Positions 35,419 through 45,091 of a stretch of 64,000 nucleotides of DNA are shown piece after piece. The translations under genes and the position numbers were made by a program. The notes beneath the pieces are model-generated. The model had not been told where the DNA came from. It saw only the letters and a list, made by a program, of their open reading frames with translations, and ran no database searches. The stretch's first letter is position 1. Each line of letters starts with the position of its first letter. Origin of the DNA: Verrucomicrobiota bacterium (GTDB lineage: Bacteria > Verrucomicrobiota > Kiritimatiellia > JAAZAB01); the NCBI GenBank assembly GCA_018898455.1, contig JAHIJO010000014.1:1560-65559 (forward strand). Direction: 5' to 3'.

Positions 35419-36195
35419 ATGAAAATTCATTTATTTCATATTTACCCCCTGGGCTTGATCCGCATCTTTTACCAGCTTTGGGCGGGCTTGAAATTGTGCC
35501 GGAAATACGGCGTGCCGTTGCGCCGCTACGTGCCCCTCTGCATTAACCCGATGACCTCGGTGTATAATGCCGACCGGATCCTGGCCGACCAGCCTCGTCC
35601 GCGGACGATCATTGATGTCGGCGCCAACGAAAGCCAGATGGCGCGCCTGCTCAGCCTGATAGCCGAACCCGGTGCGCGGGTGCTGTCCTTTGAGCCGATC
35701 CCTGCCCTGAACCCCATCGGGCAGCGGTTCACCCAGGCGCTTGCCGATACGGATGGGACGGCGGACTTTTTTATTCCCGGCAAGAACGATGCTGAATTGG
35801 GAAGTCTGTATTCCGACGTGGTCAGCCGGCCGGGGCAGGAAGGGCGGACAATCCAGGTCCAGACCGCCCGGTTCGATACGCTGGTGTCCAAGGGGGTGGT
35901 TTCCTGGCCTGAACTGCAACGGCCGATCCTGTTAAAACTGGACACGGAGGGCAGTGAACTGAAAGTATTGAAGGGGTTCGGAACATTTCTTCGAGATGTG
36001 GATTATGTCCTGACCGAGGTGGAAAATGATGACGCCCGCGGCCGTCATTACGACCTGATGGAATTGTGCCGCCGGCTGGAGGAAGCGGGCTTCAATCGCT
36101 CCCGCCTGACCCATGCCTGTTTCTGCGGGACCACTGTCCCATCTTATTTTGACCTGCTCTTCTGGCGCGCGCCGGAACAAAATCCACCCACCTGA
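35419..36195 (+). CDS. FkbM-family methyltransferase
   Basis: 258 aa ORF. IIDVGANESQMARLL...LKLDTEGSEL are hallmark FkbM-domain motifs. Confidence 0.75.
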   Translation: MKIHLFHIYPLGLIRIFYQLWAGLKLCRKYGVPLRRYVPLCINPMTSVYNADRILADQPRPRTIIDVGANESQMARLLSLIAEPGARVLSFEPIPALNPIGQRFTQALADTDGTADFFIPGKNDAELGSLYSDVVSRPGQEGRTIQVQTARFDTLVSKGVVSWPELQRPILLKLDTEGSELKVLKGFGTFLRDVDYVLTEVENDDARGRHYDLMELCRRLEEAGFNRSRLTHACFCGTTVPSYFDLLFWRAPEQNPPT

Positions 36196-36331
36196 TCCGT
36201 TCAATGACGATACGGCGCTTCTGGGTTTCGCGTTGGATTTTTCATTGACTCAAAACAGGAATCGATACCATATTAACGGTTAATCATGGCTCGCTCTTTG
36301 TCCGTCATTCCGAGCGAAGTCGAGGAATCTC

Positions 36332-36709
36332 ATGTCCCGCGAGGCATTTTACGTTTACATGATGACCAACAAGGGACAGACGACGCTGTATATCGGAGTC
36401 ACGAACAGCCTGGTGCGTCGGGTGCATCAGCATCGATCGGGTGACGTGTCCGGGTTCACGGAACGATACAACCTGAATCGTCTTGTGTACTACGAGCAGT
36501 ACAACGATCCGCGGGATGCGATTGCGCGAGAGAAGCAGCTGAAGCGTTGGCGCAGAGAGAAGAAGGAGGCCCTGATCGGAAAGATGAATCCGACGTGGGC
36601 GGATTTGGCCGAGAGTGTGCTCGGCCTCGGGTCGGCACCCGCGCCGGGGTGGAAGAGAACGGAGATCCCTCGACAAGCTCGGGATGACGGATGTGGAAGC
36701 TCGGGATGA
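36332..36709 (+). CDS. GIY-YIG nuclease family protein (UPF0213-like) with short repeat-encoded C-terminal tail
   Basis: FYVYMMTN...TLYIGVTNSLVRRVHQH matches the GIY-YIG motif. The 3' end spans a 16-bp direct repeat AAGCTCGGGATGACGG x2 (36675-36690 and 36697-36712). Confidence 0.8.
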   Translation: MSREAFYVYMMTNKGQTTLYIGVTNSLVRRVHQHRSGDVSGFTERYNLNRLVYYEQYNDPRDAIAREKQLKRWRREKKEALIGKMNPTWADLAESVLGLGSAPAPGWKRTEIPRQARDDGCGSSG

Positions 36710-36753
36710 CGGCAGGGGCAGGGGGATATCGCCAATGCTTATCCTTCCGTGTC

Positions 36754-38232
36754 CTATATCCGTTTCGCCCGTCCGAAATCCTTCAGGTGCCCCAGGACCG
36801 CCCTGGCGCCGCGTAAAAGAAACGCGATGTCATCCCATCCGCGGATGGCCTTGAGCCGATGCCACATGTAGCGCGGTGACAGGAAAATGCTGTAAATCTG
36901 GCCGCAGATTTTACGGACCTCCTCCGGGGACATGCGTGTTTTGAGCACCGGTTCGTTCATATCGAAACGTTCATATTCCTGCGGATCGAACAGGAATCCA
37001 TTTTCTTTCAGCGCCTGTTCGTAGAGCGGCGTACCGGGATAAGGAACGACGGTCGTGGCCTGCAGTAAATCAGCTTTCCCGGTGAGCATCAGTTTCCGGG
37101 CCAGTCCCAATGTGCGCAGGGCATCTTCCCGTGTCTCCCAGGGAAAGCCGACGATCATGGTCAGGTGCACGGTCAGCCCGGCTTCCTTGGCCCAGCGACA
37201 GCCTTCCTCGATTTGTTCCACGCGTGTTTTCTTCTGCAGGCGATCCAGCGTCTCCTGATTGGCGGATTCCAGCCCGAACTTCAAGAGCCGAAAACCGGCC
37301 TGGCGCATCATCTCGTAGTCTTTCTTCTCCAGGGCGCCGAAGCGCATATTGCAGGAATACCGGATCTTGCGGGAATAACCGCGCTGTTGTAATCCTTCAC
37401 AAAGGCGGGCCAGCCATGGGCCCGTGTTCAGGGTGCCGGAATCATCGAAGATTTCGGTTACCTGGTACTCGTCAATCAAGCGGCCGATTTCATCCAGAAC
37501 GTTTTCGGGACTGCGTACCCGGAAGCGCGGATACATCACCGTCCAGGCGCAAAAGGTGCACTTGCCATGCCAGCAGTCCCGGCCGGACATGATGTACATG
37601 AAGGGATGTCCGCGTAAATTGTATTCTTTTTGATAGAGATCCCATCGCGTCAGGCGGCGGTCAATAAAGGGGGCCTCATCCAGCTTGTGATTCAGCTCAA
37701 AATGCTTATGGCCGGCGATCTGCCCGTTTTGGCGATAGACAATGCCGCCGGGCAGCGGCGCGCCGGTGGTCAAATGCCGGAGCAGGTCGCCCAGCAGAAA
37801 ATCATAATCGCCCCCGCAGAGCACAAAGTCAACGGGCGCATTTTGCAGAGTTTCTTCCGGACGGGCGGTGACATGATCCCCGCAAACAACTAGTTGCAGG
37901 GCGGGAAATTCCGATTTGAGAGCTTGGGCCGTCAGCCAATGCAGGCGGACAACCGGTGTTTTGGTTTCGAACAGGAACAGATCCGGTTTTTCCCGGCGCA
38001 GAAAGGTCCGAAATTCGTCGGTATCCATGTTTTCGGCAATGGCGTCTTTCCAGATGACCTTGTGGCCGGCTTGTTGAGCCATGGTGGCGGCGCCGGCGAG
38101 CACCACGGGAAATATCCGGGTTTCATGGCTGAACCACTGAAATTGGCGATTCTGGGAAAGCAGGGCCAGTCCTTTGGCGGAACGAGTGGGTGGATATCCG
38201 ACGACAATTTTCATGCTTTCCAACAACCTCAT
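36754..38232 (-). CDS. B12-binding domain radical SAM protein (class B rSAM) #3
   Basis: 492 aa ORF with an N-terminal B12-like domain, a CWHGKCTFC cysteine cluster, and the C-terminal region typical of this family. Confidence 0.7.
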   Translation of the reverse strand: MRLLESMKIVVGYPPTRSAKGLALLSQNRQFQWFSHETRIFPVVLAGAATMAQQAGHKVIWKDAIAENMDTDEFRTFLRREKPDLFLFETKTPVVRLHWLTAQALKSEFPALQLVVCGDHVTARPEETLQNAPVDFVLCGGDYDFLLGDLLRHLTTGAPLPGGIVYRQNGQIAGHKHFELNHKLDEAPFIDRRLTRWDLYQKEYNLRGHPFMYIMSGRDCWHGKCTFCAWTVMYPRFRVRSPENVLDEIGRLIDEYQVTEIFDDSGTLNTGPWLARLCEGLQQRGYSRKIRYSCNMRFGALEKKDYEMMRQAGFRLLKFGLESANQETLDRLQKKTRVEQIEEGCRWAKEAGLTVHLTMIVGFPWETREDALRTLGLARKLMLTGKADLLQATTVVPYPGTPLYEQALKENGFLFDPQEYERFDMNEPVLKTRMSPEEVRKICGQIYSIFLSPRYMWHRLKAIRGWDDIAFLLRGARAVLGHLKDFGRAKRI

Positions 38233-38399
38233 TTAAGTATTCAAATTGCAGTGAATTATGTATACCATTTGACATGTTTGAGCAAGCGGTAAAGCGACGG
38301 GAATGGTAATGTGGAACAACAACTGTGAGCGGGATATAATCCACACCTTAAGTATCCGGGACGACGAAGAAAACCTAGCAAAGGGGAAAAGCCTTACAA

Positions 38400-38521
38400 T
38401 TGCCCGCGAACCACGCGAAAGGAACGCGAAAACTGATTACTCAACTGGCTTGAATTTCCTATTCATCGATTTGGATATATAAAATTTACTATTCGTGTCC
38501 TTTTGCTTGTTTCGCGGGCAA
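38400..38521. mobile_element. MITE-like 122-bp element with 13-bp terminal inverted repeats TTGCCCGCGAACC / GTTTCGCGGGCAA
   Basis: TIRs read directly with 12/13 complementarity. The internal motif CGCGAAAGGAACGCGAAAACTGATTAC is shared with 40837-40876 and 14989-15012. Confidence 0.6.
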
Positions 38522-38559
38522 ACTCTTTGGGGTTTCAGCCGCCCCTGGCGGATTTGACT

Positions 38560-39789
38560 ATGACAGCACCTGCATCCAATGATCGGAAACTGCGCGTGGC
38601 CTTGCTTTACCGGTATGGGGTTCACGATCACAAGGAATTGTATCCAATCATTCCCGAGGTGCTGCGGCAGTTGGGCCGGCAGTGTGAAGCGCTCTATATG
38701 GGACCTAATCGCCGGCGGGCGGGCATTCAATACCGGTTCCCAGGCGTCAGCTATCGCTTTCTGCCTTTTACCGTGAACCGGGCCAGCACCTTCGACAAGA
38801 TAACCAAGGCTTTGCTCTGGTATGCCTGTCTGCCTTTTGTGGCGTTTTTCTTTCGTTTTGTTTGGCGCGCTGATTTGATTTGGATTGATGAAAGCAGTCT
38901 GCCGGCGCAGGGACGCCTGATGCAGATGATTTCCGGCCGGCCGCTGGCCATAACGGTCTGCGATTTTTTTCTTAGCATCTACAGCGAAAAAATTTCCTGG
39001 TTGCGTCCTTGGGGGATATGGCTCAACGCCATTGACCAGAAGAGCTGGCTTAAGGCGGCCGGTCTGTTTACGCGATCGGAAAGCCTGCGGCGCTATCTGC
39101 TTGCGCGGGGAGTATCGCCCGAGCGCGTGGTGGTGGCCCGGGATGCCGTGTTGCCTGATTTGTTTGTGCCCGGTGACGCCGCGGCGCTGCGACGCAAACT
39201 GGGGTTTGGCGATGCGGATGTGGTGCTTTGTCATCACGGCATCCTGCATCCGAACAAAGGCATTCTGCGCGTTGTCCGCTGGATGCTCCCGATAATGAAG
39301 TCGGATCCGCATCTGAAACTGTTGATTATCGGAGGCGGACCGGACTTGGAACCGCTGCGGGAACTGGTTCGGAAGAATCAACTCCAGAATCAAATCATTC
39401 TTACCGGCTGGCTGGCATCCCATGCGGAAGTGAATGCGCATCTTAATGCCGCGGATATTGGGCTGGTCATGCGGGTCGGGCAAAGCTCGGATCATTTCCA
39501 TGTGACCGGCGCCTTGATCCACAGCATGATGTGCGCCCTGCCGGTGCTGGCGTGCCGGCTGGAGGGCATCCAGGAGATAGTCACGGAAGGTCAGGAAGGC
39601 GTGCTGTTCGATCCGGATTCGGCCGGGGAATTTCTACAAAAACTGGATGTGCTTAAACAGAATGCCGCGCGGCGGCGCGAGATGGGGCAGAAGGGACGGA
39701 CCAAGGCGCTGGCTGAATTCAATCCCGAGCATATTGCGAAGCAAACCGTGGAGACCTTGATCCGGTTTGCCCGCCGGGGCCGGCCGTGA
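38560..39789 (+). CDS. family 4 (GT-B) glycosyltransferase
   Basis: ORF 38503..39789 with an internal start MTAPASN. The C-terminal EGxxGVLFDP motif (E-x7-E region) matches GT4. Confidence 0.8.
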   Translation: MTAPASNDRKLRVALLYRYGVHDHKELYPIIPEVLRQLGRQCEALYMGPNRRRAGIQYRFPGVSYRFLPFTVNRASTFDKITKALLWYACLPFVAFFFRFVWRADLIWIDESSLPAQGRLMQMISGRPLAITVCDFFLSIYSEKISWLRPWGIWLNAIDQKSWLKAAGLFTRSESLRRYLLARGVSPERVVVARDAVLPDLFVPGDAAALRRKLGFGDADVVLCHHGILHPNKGILRVVRWMLPIMKSDPHLKLLIIGGGPDLEPLRELVRKNQLQNQIILTGWLASHAEVNAHLNAADIGLVMRVGQSSDHFHVTGALIHSMMCALPVLACRLEGIQEIVTEGQEGVLFDPDSAGEFLQKLDVLKQNAARRREMGQKGRTKALAEFNPEHIAKQTVETLIRFARRGRP

Positions 39790-39797
39790 TGGAATCC

Positions 39798-40802
39798 TTA
39801 TCCGGGCTTTGCCGCCGCCACGCTGGGTTCATAAAAAATAATTTGGCTGCCCAGCGATTCGAATTCAAAGGGCACATGGAGCAATGGCGCCATCTGCCGG
39901 CGGAAATGAACCTGCTTGTCCGGCGGCACAAAGAACAGCATGAATCCGCCGCCGCCGGCGCCCAGTAGTTTGCCGCCGATCGCGCCCGCGGCCAGACCCC
40001 TGGCATAGATATCGTCCAAGTAGGCGTTCGATATTTTTGCGCTGAGGGAGCGCTTGATTTCCCAGCCTTCGTGCAAGAGCCGGCCAAAATCACCGATATC
40101 GCCGCTGCCAATGATTTTCATGGCCTCATCCACCATGGCTTGGATGGCCTGCAGTTCCTTTTCCATTTTCGGTGTGTTCCGGATCTGGTCGGCGGCAATT
40201 TCGGAAGCGTTCCGGGAGAAGCCGGTAAAATACAGCAATAGATGGTTTTGCAGTAAATGGATGCGATCGAGCGGCAGGGTTACGGGATGGATTGTTATCC
40301 GGTCGCCCGGTGAAAACCGGATCACGTTCAGTCCGCCGAAGGCGGCAGTCACCTGGTCCTGGGCCCCCACATTCTCGCCGATAAGGTCCCGCTCGACATG
40401 AATCGCTTCCTGGGCCAGTTGCATCCGGGTGCACATTTCACCGCGCATCCCATGCAGGGCGTGTAAAAGCCCCACCGTGAACGAGGAACTGGATCCCAAT
40501 CCCGCCCGGGCCGGCAGGTCGCTGTCATTATGGATCTCAACGCCATCGGTTATTCGCATGAATTGCAGGCCTTTTCGTACGGCCGGGTGCTTGATGTCCT
40601 CAATGGTTCGGACGTCCTCAACCATCGAATACACAATGCGAAACTTGTGTTCGAAGAACGGCGGCAGGTAACGGCAATTGATATAACAGTAGCGATTGAT
40701 ACTGGTGGCGAGCACGGCGCCGCCATGTTCATTGTACCAGACCGGGTAATCCGTGCCTCCGCCAAAAAACGAGATGCGAAAAGGTGTGCGGCTGATGATC
40801 AT
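39798..40802 (-). CDS. hddA: GHMP-family sugar kinase, D-glycero-D-manno-heptose 7-phosphate kinase (HddA)-like
   Basis: The N-terminus RISFFGGGTDYP and the GHMP motif PARAGLGSSSSF have the architecture of GDP-heptose-pathway HddA kinases. Confidence 0.7.
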   Translation of the reverse strand: MIISRTPFRISFFGGGTDYPVWYNEHGGAVLATSINRYCYINCRYLPPFFEHKFRIVYSMVEDVRTIEDIKHPAVRKGLQFMRITDGVEIHNDSDLPARAGLGSSSSFTVGLLHALHGMRGEMCTRMQLAQEAIHVERDLIGENVGAQDQVTAAFGGLNVIRFSPGDRITIHPVTLPLDRIHLLQNHLLLYFTGFSRNASEIAADQIRNTPKMEKELQAIQAMVDEAMKIIGSGDIGDFGRLLHEGWEIKRSLSAKISNAYLDDIYARGLAAGAIGGKLLGAGGGGFMLFFVPPDKQVHFRRQMAPLLHVPFEFESLGSQIIFYEPSVAAAKPG

Positions 40803-40836
40803 GATCCTTCTCCGTGTTGTGAAATTGAGCGGAATC

Positions 40837-40922
40837 TTGCCCGCGAACTACGCAAAAGGAATGCGAAATGATTACATAAAAAAACGGATTTATTCGCGTC
40901 TCATTCGCGTAATTCGCGGTTA
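40837..40922. repeat. CGCGAA-family intergenic repeat copy (TTGCCCGCGAACTACGCAAAAGGAATGCGAAATGATTAC ... TTCGCG x3)
   Basis: Read directly, similar to 38400-38440. Confidence 0.6.
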
Positions 40923-40951
40923 ATATGTTTTATTGTGGTCAATGGCGGAAT

Positions 40952-41893
40952 TTATGAGTGAATCTTGTTGTTGCGATACAGGAGATACCATTTCACGGTT
41001 TTTTCAATGCCCTGTTTAAGCGTATATTTCGGTTTCCAGTTAGTTTTTGCAATAAAGCGTTTGTTGTCAAGCACTTTGTGTTTTACGCCGGTGTATCTGT
41101 CTTTATTAAAAAACAGATTTCCCCGATAACCGACCGCATCGCGGATGATCTCGGCAACTTCCCGAATCGGATATCCTTTTCCATTGCTTATATTTACAAT
41201 CTCATTTTCAAAATGTTCCGCGGCCAGCAGCATCGCGTCGATTTGATCGTCGACATAAAGCAATTCCCGGATTTGCGTTCCATCGCCCCATATCTCAACC
41301 TGCGGCTCATGCTGCTCCTTGGCCTTGATAAACTTGATAATTAGCGCCGCCATGACATGGGTACGGATCGGATCGCCAAAGTAGTCGTCGGGACCAAACG
41401 GGGTCGCATAAATCACATGCACGTACTTTAAATTGTATTGTAAACTATATGCCCGCAATCCTACATCCGCCATGCGCTTGGTATTGGCATAATAAAACAC
41501 CGATTCATCAACCGGTCCCTGATGAAAGTCCGGCTCATACAACAGGCTCATGCTGGCCGGGTACGCGCAGCTGGTTCCGACAAAGATGAGTTTTGCCTGC
41601 GGCTGATACCGGCGCCAGGCCTCCATCGTGTTCGTGTGAATCTGTCCATTGTCATGGACGAGTGACGCGGCCATGCCTTTCTGAAATTCGGGAGCTCCGC
41701 CGCCTTGAATTGCAGCCATGTGGATGATCCGGTCGAATTTATCGAGGGTCCGGAAAAAGGCGAATGTCTGTTCTTCGTTACGCAAGTCGCATTCCCGGCT
41801 ATGGAAGACCCGATAACGGATCGCGCGGTCCGTAAGGATTCGGGCAAGGTTTTTCCCGATAAAACCGGTGCCGCCGGTGATTAATATGTTCAT
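40952..41893 (-). CDS. NAD-dependent epimerase/reductase (extended SDR; GDP-sugar 3,5-epimerase/4-reductase-like)
   Basis: 313 aa ORF. ILITGGTGFIGKNL Rossmann motif and YxxxK (YYANTK) motif. Confidence 0.75.
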   Translation of the reverse strand: MNILITGGTGFIGKNLARILTDRAIRYRVFHSRECDLRNEEQTFAFFRTLDKFDRIIHMAAIQGGGAPEFQKGMAASLVHDNGQIHTNTMEAWRRYQPQAKLIFVGTSCAYPASMSLLYEPDFHQGPVDESVFYYANTKRMADVGLRAYSLQYNLKYVHVIYATPFGPDDYFGDPIRTHVMAALIIKFIKAKEQHEPQVEIWGDGTQIRELLYVDDQIDAMLLAAEHFENEIVNISNGKGYPIREVAEIIRDAVGYRGNLFFNKDRYTGVKHKVLDNKRFIAKTNWKPKYTLKQGIEKTVKWYLLYRNNKIHS

Positions 41894-41917
41894 TCAAGAC
41901 TCCTGATTGCCGTGTGT

Positions 41918-42634
41918 TTATCGCTTATCCGGCGCTGTTTTCAATAACTCTTGCCTGACATATTTCCAGACTTCCTGCGAACTGGGCATTCCCGCTTCCA
42001 CCCGGTCGGAATATACGATTTCCTTTTTTCCTTCGTACTCAACTTCGGGCCACGCCTCTTGCGCAATTTCAGCCAGGGTAATCGTATCGCGCGCCGCAAT
42101 TTCTTTTATCCCGGTTTGATTAATATTATCGATGATCCAGGCCGCGGCAAAGTCAACGTCAAGATAATTATATGCGCTGTGAATATCGACATACACTTTC
42201 TTGCGATGGATCAGGTCATGGAGTGCGCCTTTGTTGAATCCTTTTCCATATAGCGCCGCCAGCCGGATAATTAATGAATGCTCATGGGTTTCAACCAGCG
42301 ATTCGGCCGTCCGTTTGTTAATGCCATAAGGAACATCGAGCTGGGTCCTTGCCGAAAGAGAGCTGATCTGCACGAATTTGCCGTATTTCCATTCGTAGAT
42401 CAATTCCGCTGTCAAGCGGACCGTTGCGTCAAAATCAAGCAGGGGGTTCTGGAACGCCCAAAACCTTTTGGAGGGCATGGCGGTGTTGATTAAAACATCA
42501 TATTCTTGCGCCTTATGCTGGGCGTAAGTTTGGCGGGAAATCATGACTGGTTCCAAGACCGCCGGATGTGTTGCTACCGCTCGACACAATGCCTGGCCGA
42601 TAAAACCATTGGCTCCGACAATACCTACCTTCAT
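41918..42634 (-). CDS. NAD(P)-binding SDR-type oxidoreductase (RmlD-like reductase candidate)
   Basis: 238 aa ORF. VGIVGANGFIGQAL Rossmann motif. Confidence 0.5.
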   Translation of the reverse strand: MKVGIVGANGFIGQALCRAVATHPAVLEPVMISRQTYAQHKAQEYDVLINTAMPSKRFWAFQNPLLDFDATVRLTAELIYEWKYGKFVQISSLSARTQLDVPYGINKRTAESLVETHEHSLIIRLAALYGKGFNKGALHDLIHRKKVYVDIHSAYNYLDVDFAAAWIIDNINQTGIKEIAARDTITLAEIAQEAWPEVEYEGKKEIVYSDRVEAGMPSSQEVWKYVRQELLKTAPDKR

Positions 42635-42660
42635 GATGACAAGGTTCCCTTATGTTACTG

Positions 42661-43116
42661 TTAATGAATATGCTTGGCGATTTTGTTTTGTTCTTTGAAA
42701 TAAGCGCTCTTGGGATCGCCATGGTCGCCTTCGCCCATACCCAGATTCTCGTGGATAATTGGTTTTTTGCAGTCGTTCCAGCGCTTGGTCAGAAAAGACA
42801 CGGATTGGCAATCGGTGATTGCAAGGAAAACATGGTACGTGCCGCGTGGGATATAGATGCAATCGCCCTTGGCCATCGAGATAAAATACTCCTTGCCGTT
42901 CTTCGTGTCCTTTTCTACCTCCACGCCGTTACCGTCCACGAGCAGGATATATTCGTCGAATTCAGGATGGCAGTGATTTCCCCGAATCTTGCCGGTCTTG
43001 ATGAACTGATGCGTGAATTCCCGGATTGGCTGATTCGGCGCAAAGGAAAAAATAGCGCCGCGTCCATCGCGAATGGTGTTCAGGTTGCAGGCCGGCTTGA
43101 AAGACTTCATTTTCAT
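42661..43116 (-). CDS. cupin-fold sugar-nucleotide epimerase/ketoisomerase-like protein (RmlC/FdtA/WxcM-like)
   Basis: 151 aa ORF with a beta-rich cupin pattern and conserved His (GNHCHPEFDEY). Confidence 0.45.
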   Translation of the reverse strand: MKMKSFKPACNLNTIRDGRGAIFSFAPNQPIREFTHQFIKTGKIRGNHCHPEFDEYILLVDGNGVEVEKDTKNGKEYFISMAKGDCIYIPRGTYHVFLAITDCQSVSFLTKRWNDCKKPIIHENLGMGEGDHGDPKSAYFKEQNKIAKHIH

Positions 43117-43207
43117 GATTGGGCTCCTTCATCATAACAGTCGAATGTAATATCATTCTACTATGTCGGCCAATCCAGGCAAGCCTGCGTTCGGTCTCTT
43201 CGCAGTT

Positions 43208-44470
43208 CTAGGTCTGTATCGGTGTCCGTAATCTGCGGATGTGAATTCCAAGGCCTTTAATCAGGACCAGCAACGTCAAGACACTGACGATCGCAAGGAC
43301 AGCAACGATTTCCAGGACGGAAGTGTGCCGGATCGAGACCCCGATCAAGTACCCGCCGGCGCACAGGATTAACGGCACGGTCATGCGGAAGCGGTTTTGG
43401 GCCAGTTCAAAAGACATGATGATAAAGGCAAGTCCCAGGGGGCTCATGGCCCAGATCGTACAGCGGACCAGCCGGCACATGGCGATGCTGGGAGTCCAGT
43501 CGCGGTACAGAATGCCGAGCGGCAATTGCGGCAGAACGCTGCATACCAGGAGCGCGGGCACAATGATCAGGCCGGCATAGGCCAGGGCGCGCGCCAGCAG
43601 TTTTCCGTGCTGGGCGCTCATGGCGCCGTTCGACACCGTTTTGGGGAAAAGGGCTCCGGCAATCGGCATAGGGAGAAAAATGATCATGCGTCCGATCGTG
43701 CCCGCCCGCGCAAAAAGTCCCGCTTGATCCTCGGGAAAATAATGTTTCACGATCAGCACGTCGGCGTTCATGAGGAAGGCGAAAGAGGCCAGCACCACAA
43801 ATGTGCGTAGAAAATACGTATGGGTTCCCGGCAGGGGCTTATCCGATGGCGATGCGTTTCGGAGGATTATCCAAATACCGGCCAGCCCGAGCGCGCCGCC
43901 GGCGATGATGCCCAAGCCTTGTCCCACCAGCGCCCACTGGGCGGCGGCGGCGATAAAATACACCAGGGCGCCGCCGGCGATCAGCCGGACAATGCTCCAG
44001 ATTGTGCCTGAAAAGGATGCCCAGACGAAAGCCTGGATGCCCTGCAGAACTCCCCCGATAACCGGCGGAAAGAATGACAAGGCCAGAATGGTCAGCGCCA
44101 GGATGATGGCGTACCGATCCGGCAATTGGAAAAATTGCGCCAGCGGGTGGCTTAACAGGATACCGGCCGCAAGCAAAGGAACGGCGATCAGCAGGAGTTT
44201 CCACGACCAGGAGCGCACGAGCGGAAAAATGTCTCCGGCGCGATCCTGCTGAAGCAGTTGCGCGGAAAAGAATGCCAGGGCATTGCTCAGGGCGCTTAAC
44301 GGCATGCCGGCAATCAGGACCACGCCCAGCATGGATGAGAGAATGCCGTATTCCGCGGGCAAAAGCCACCGGCCCATGGCCATGTGAAAAAGCACGTTGC
44401 AGAGGTTGCTCACCTGGCCGGCTGCCATCAGCAAGAGACTATGCCGCAGAAGATGGTCTTTAATATGCAC
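43208..44470 (-). CDS. Wzx-like oligosaccharide flippase (MOP/MATE-like polysaccharide transporter)
   Basis: 420 aa ORF with about 12 TM helices and a polysaccharide-locus context. Confidence 0.7.
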   Translation of the reverse strand: MHIKDHLLRHSLLLMAAGQVSNLCNVLFHMAMGRWLLPAEYGILSSMLGVVLIAGMPLSALSNALAFFSAQLLQQDRAGDIFPLVRSWSWKLLLIAVPLLAAGILLSHPLAQFFQLPDRYAIILALTILALSFFPPVIGGVLQGIQAFVWASFSGTIWSIVRLIAGGALVYFIAAAAQWALVGQGLGIIAGGALGLAGIWIILRNASPSDKPLPGTHTYFLRTFVVLASFAFLMNADVLIVKHYFPEDQAGLFARAGTIGRMIIFLPMPIAGALFPKTVSNGAMSAQHGKLLARALAYAGLIIVPALLVCSVLPQLPLGILYRDWTPSIAMCRLVRCTIWAMSPLGLAFIIMSFELAQNRFRMTVPLILCAGGYLIGVSIRHTSVLEIVAVLAIVSVLTLLVLIKGLGIHIRRLRTPIQT

Positions 44471-44539
44471 GGTAATTACCGGAGTATCCGGCGCCTGATC
44501 CGGGCGCTAAATGGAGTCAGGAAAAAGCATGGGCGCCGG

Positions 44540-45091
44540 TTATAGAAATGTTTTTGAACATAACGAAAACTGTTTCCGAATTTCCGGGATATCCGGAATA
44601 CGGGCCTTCTCCAGAAGTGCGCGAACATCCTGGCGGGTCATGCCGGAACGCTCAAGGATGAATTGGGCATCGCCCAGGTCCAGGGGGTCATAACGCATGA
44701 GTTTGGTCAAAAAAAGATCCTGATCGCTCAGCCGCATGAGGCAAAGATTCTGCCATGAGCCATTAATCGGCATGCGCTGTTGACGCCATTGTGCAGTTAA
44801 AATCAGCTGGGATTCTTCAAAGAAGTGGCTGATGTAGAGCCCTTGCGGGGCGAGTTCCCGATTAGTGATCTCAACAGCCTCCCAAAAATTACCGATCCGC
44901 ATTAAGGACTCGGCTTGCCCCATCCAGAATACGCCGTCGACATCCATGCTTTGCGCGTATTCAGAAGGCGGTTTGGAAAAACCTAATTGCAGGGCCGCCC
45001 GTCCATACAGGGTTAATTCAACCCTTGCGGTGAGGTGCTTGTCTAATGCTCGGAGGATTGTTTCAGCGTTGTTCATGACACGAGCTTCCAA
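44540..45091 (-). CDS. hypothetical protein, weak nucleotidyltransferase-fold signature
   Basis: 183 aa ORF. VELTLYGRAALQLGF...SMDVDGVF resembles the GGxAxxxxG...DxD motif. Weak. Confidence 0.3.
   Translation of the reverse strand: MEARVMNNAETILRALDKHLTARVELTLYGRAALQLGFSKPPSEYAQSMDVDGVFWMGQAESLMRIGNFWEAVEITNRELAPQGLYISHFFEESQLILTAQWRQQRMPINGSWQNLCLMRLSDQDLFLTKLMRYDPLDLGDAQFILERSGMTRQDVRALLEKARIPDIPEIRKQFSLCSKTFL

Noticed and set aside
35431-35945. 162- and 139-aa minus-strand ORFs
   Set aside because: They are antisense to the FkbM methyltransferase gene.
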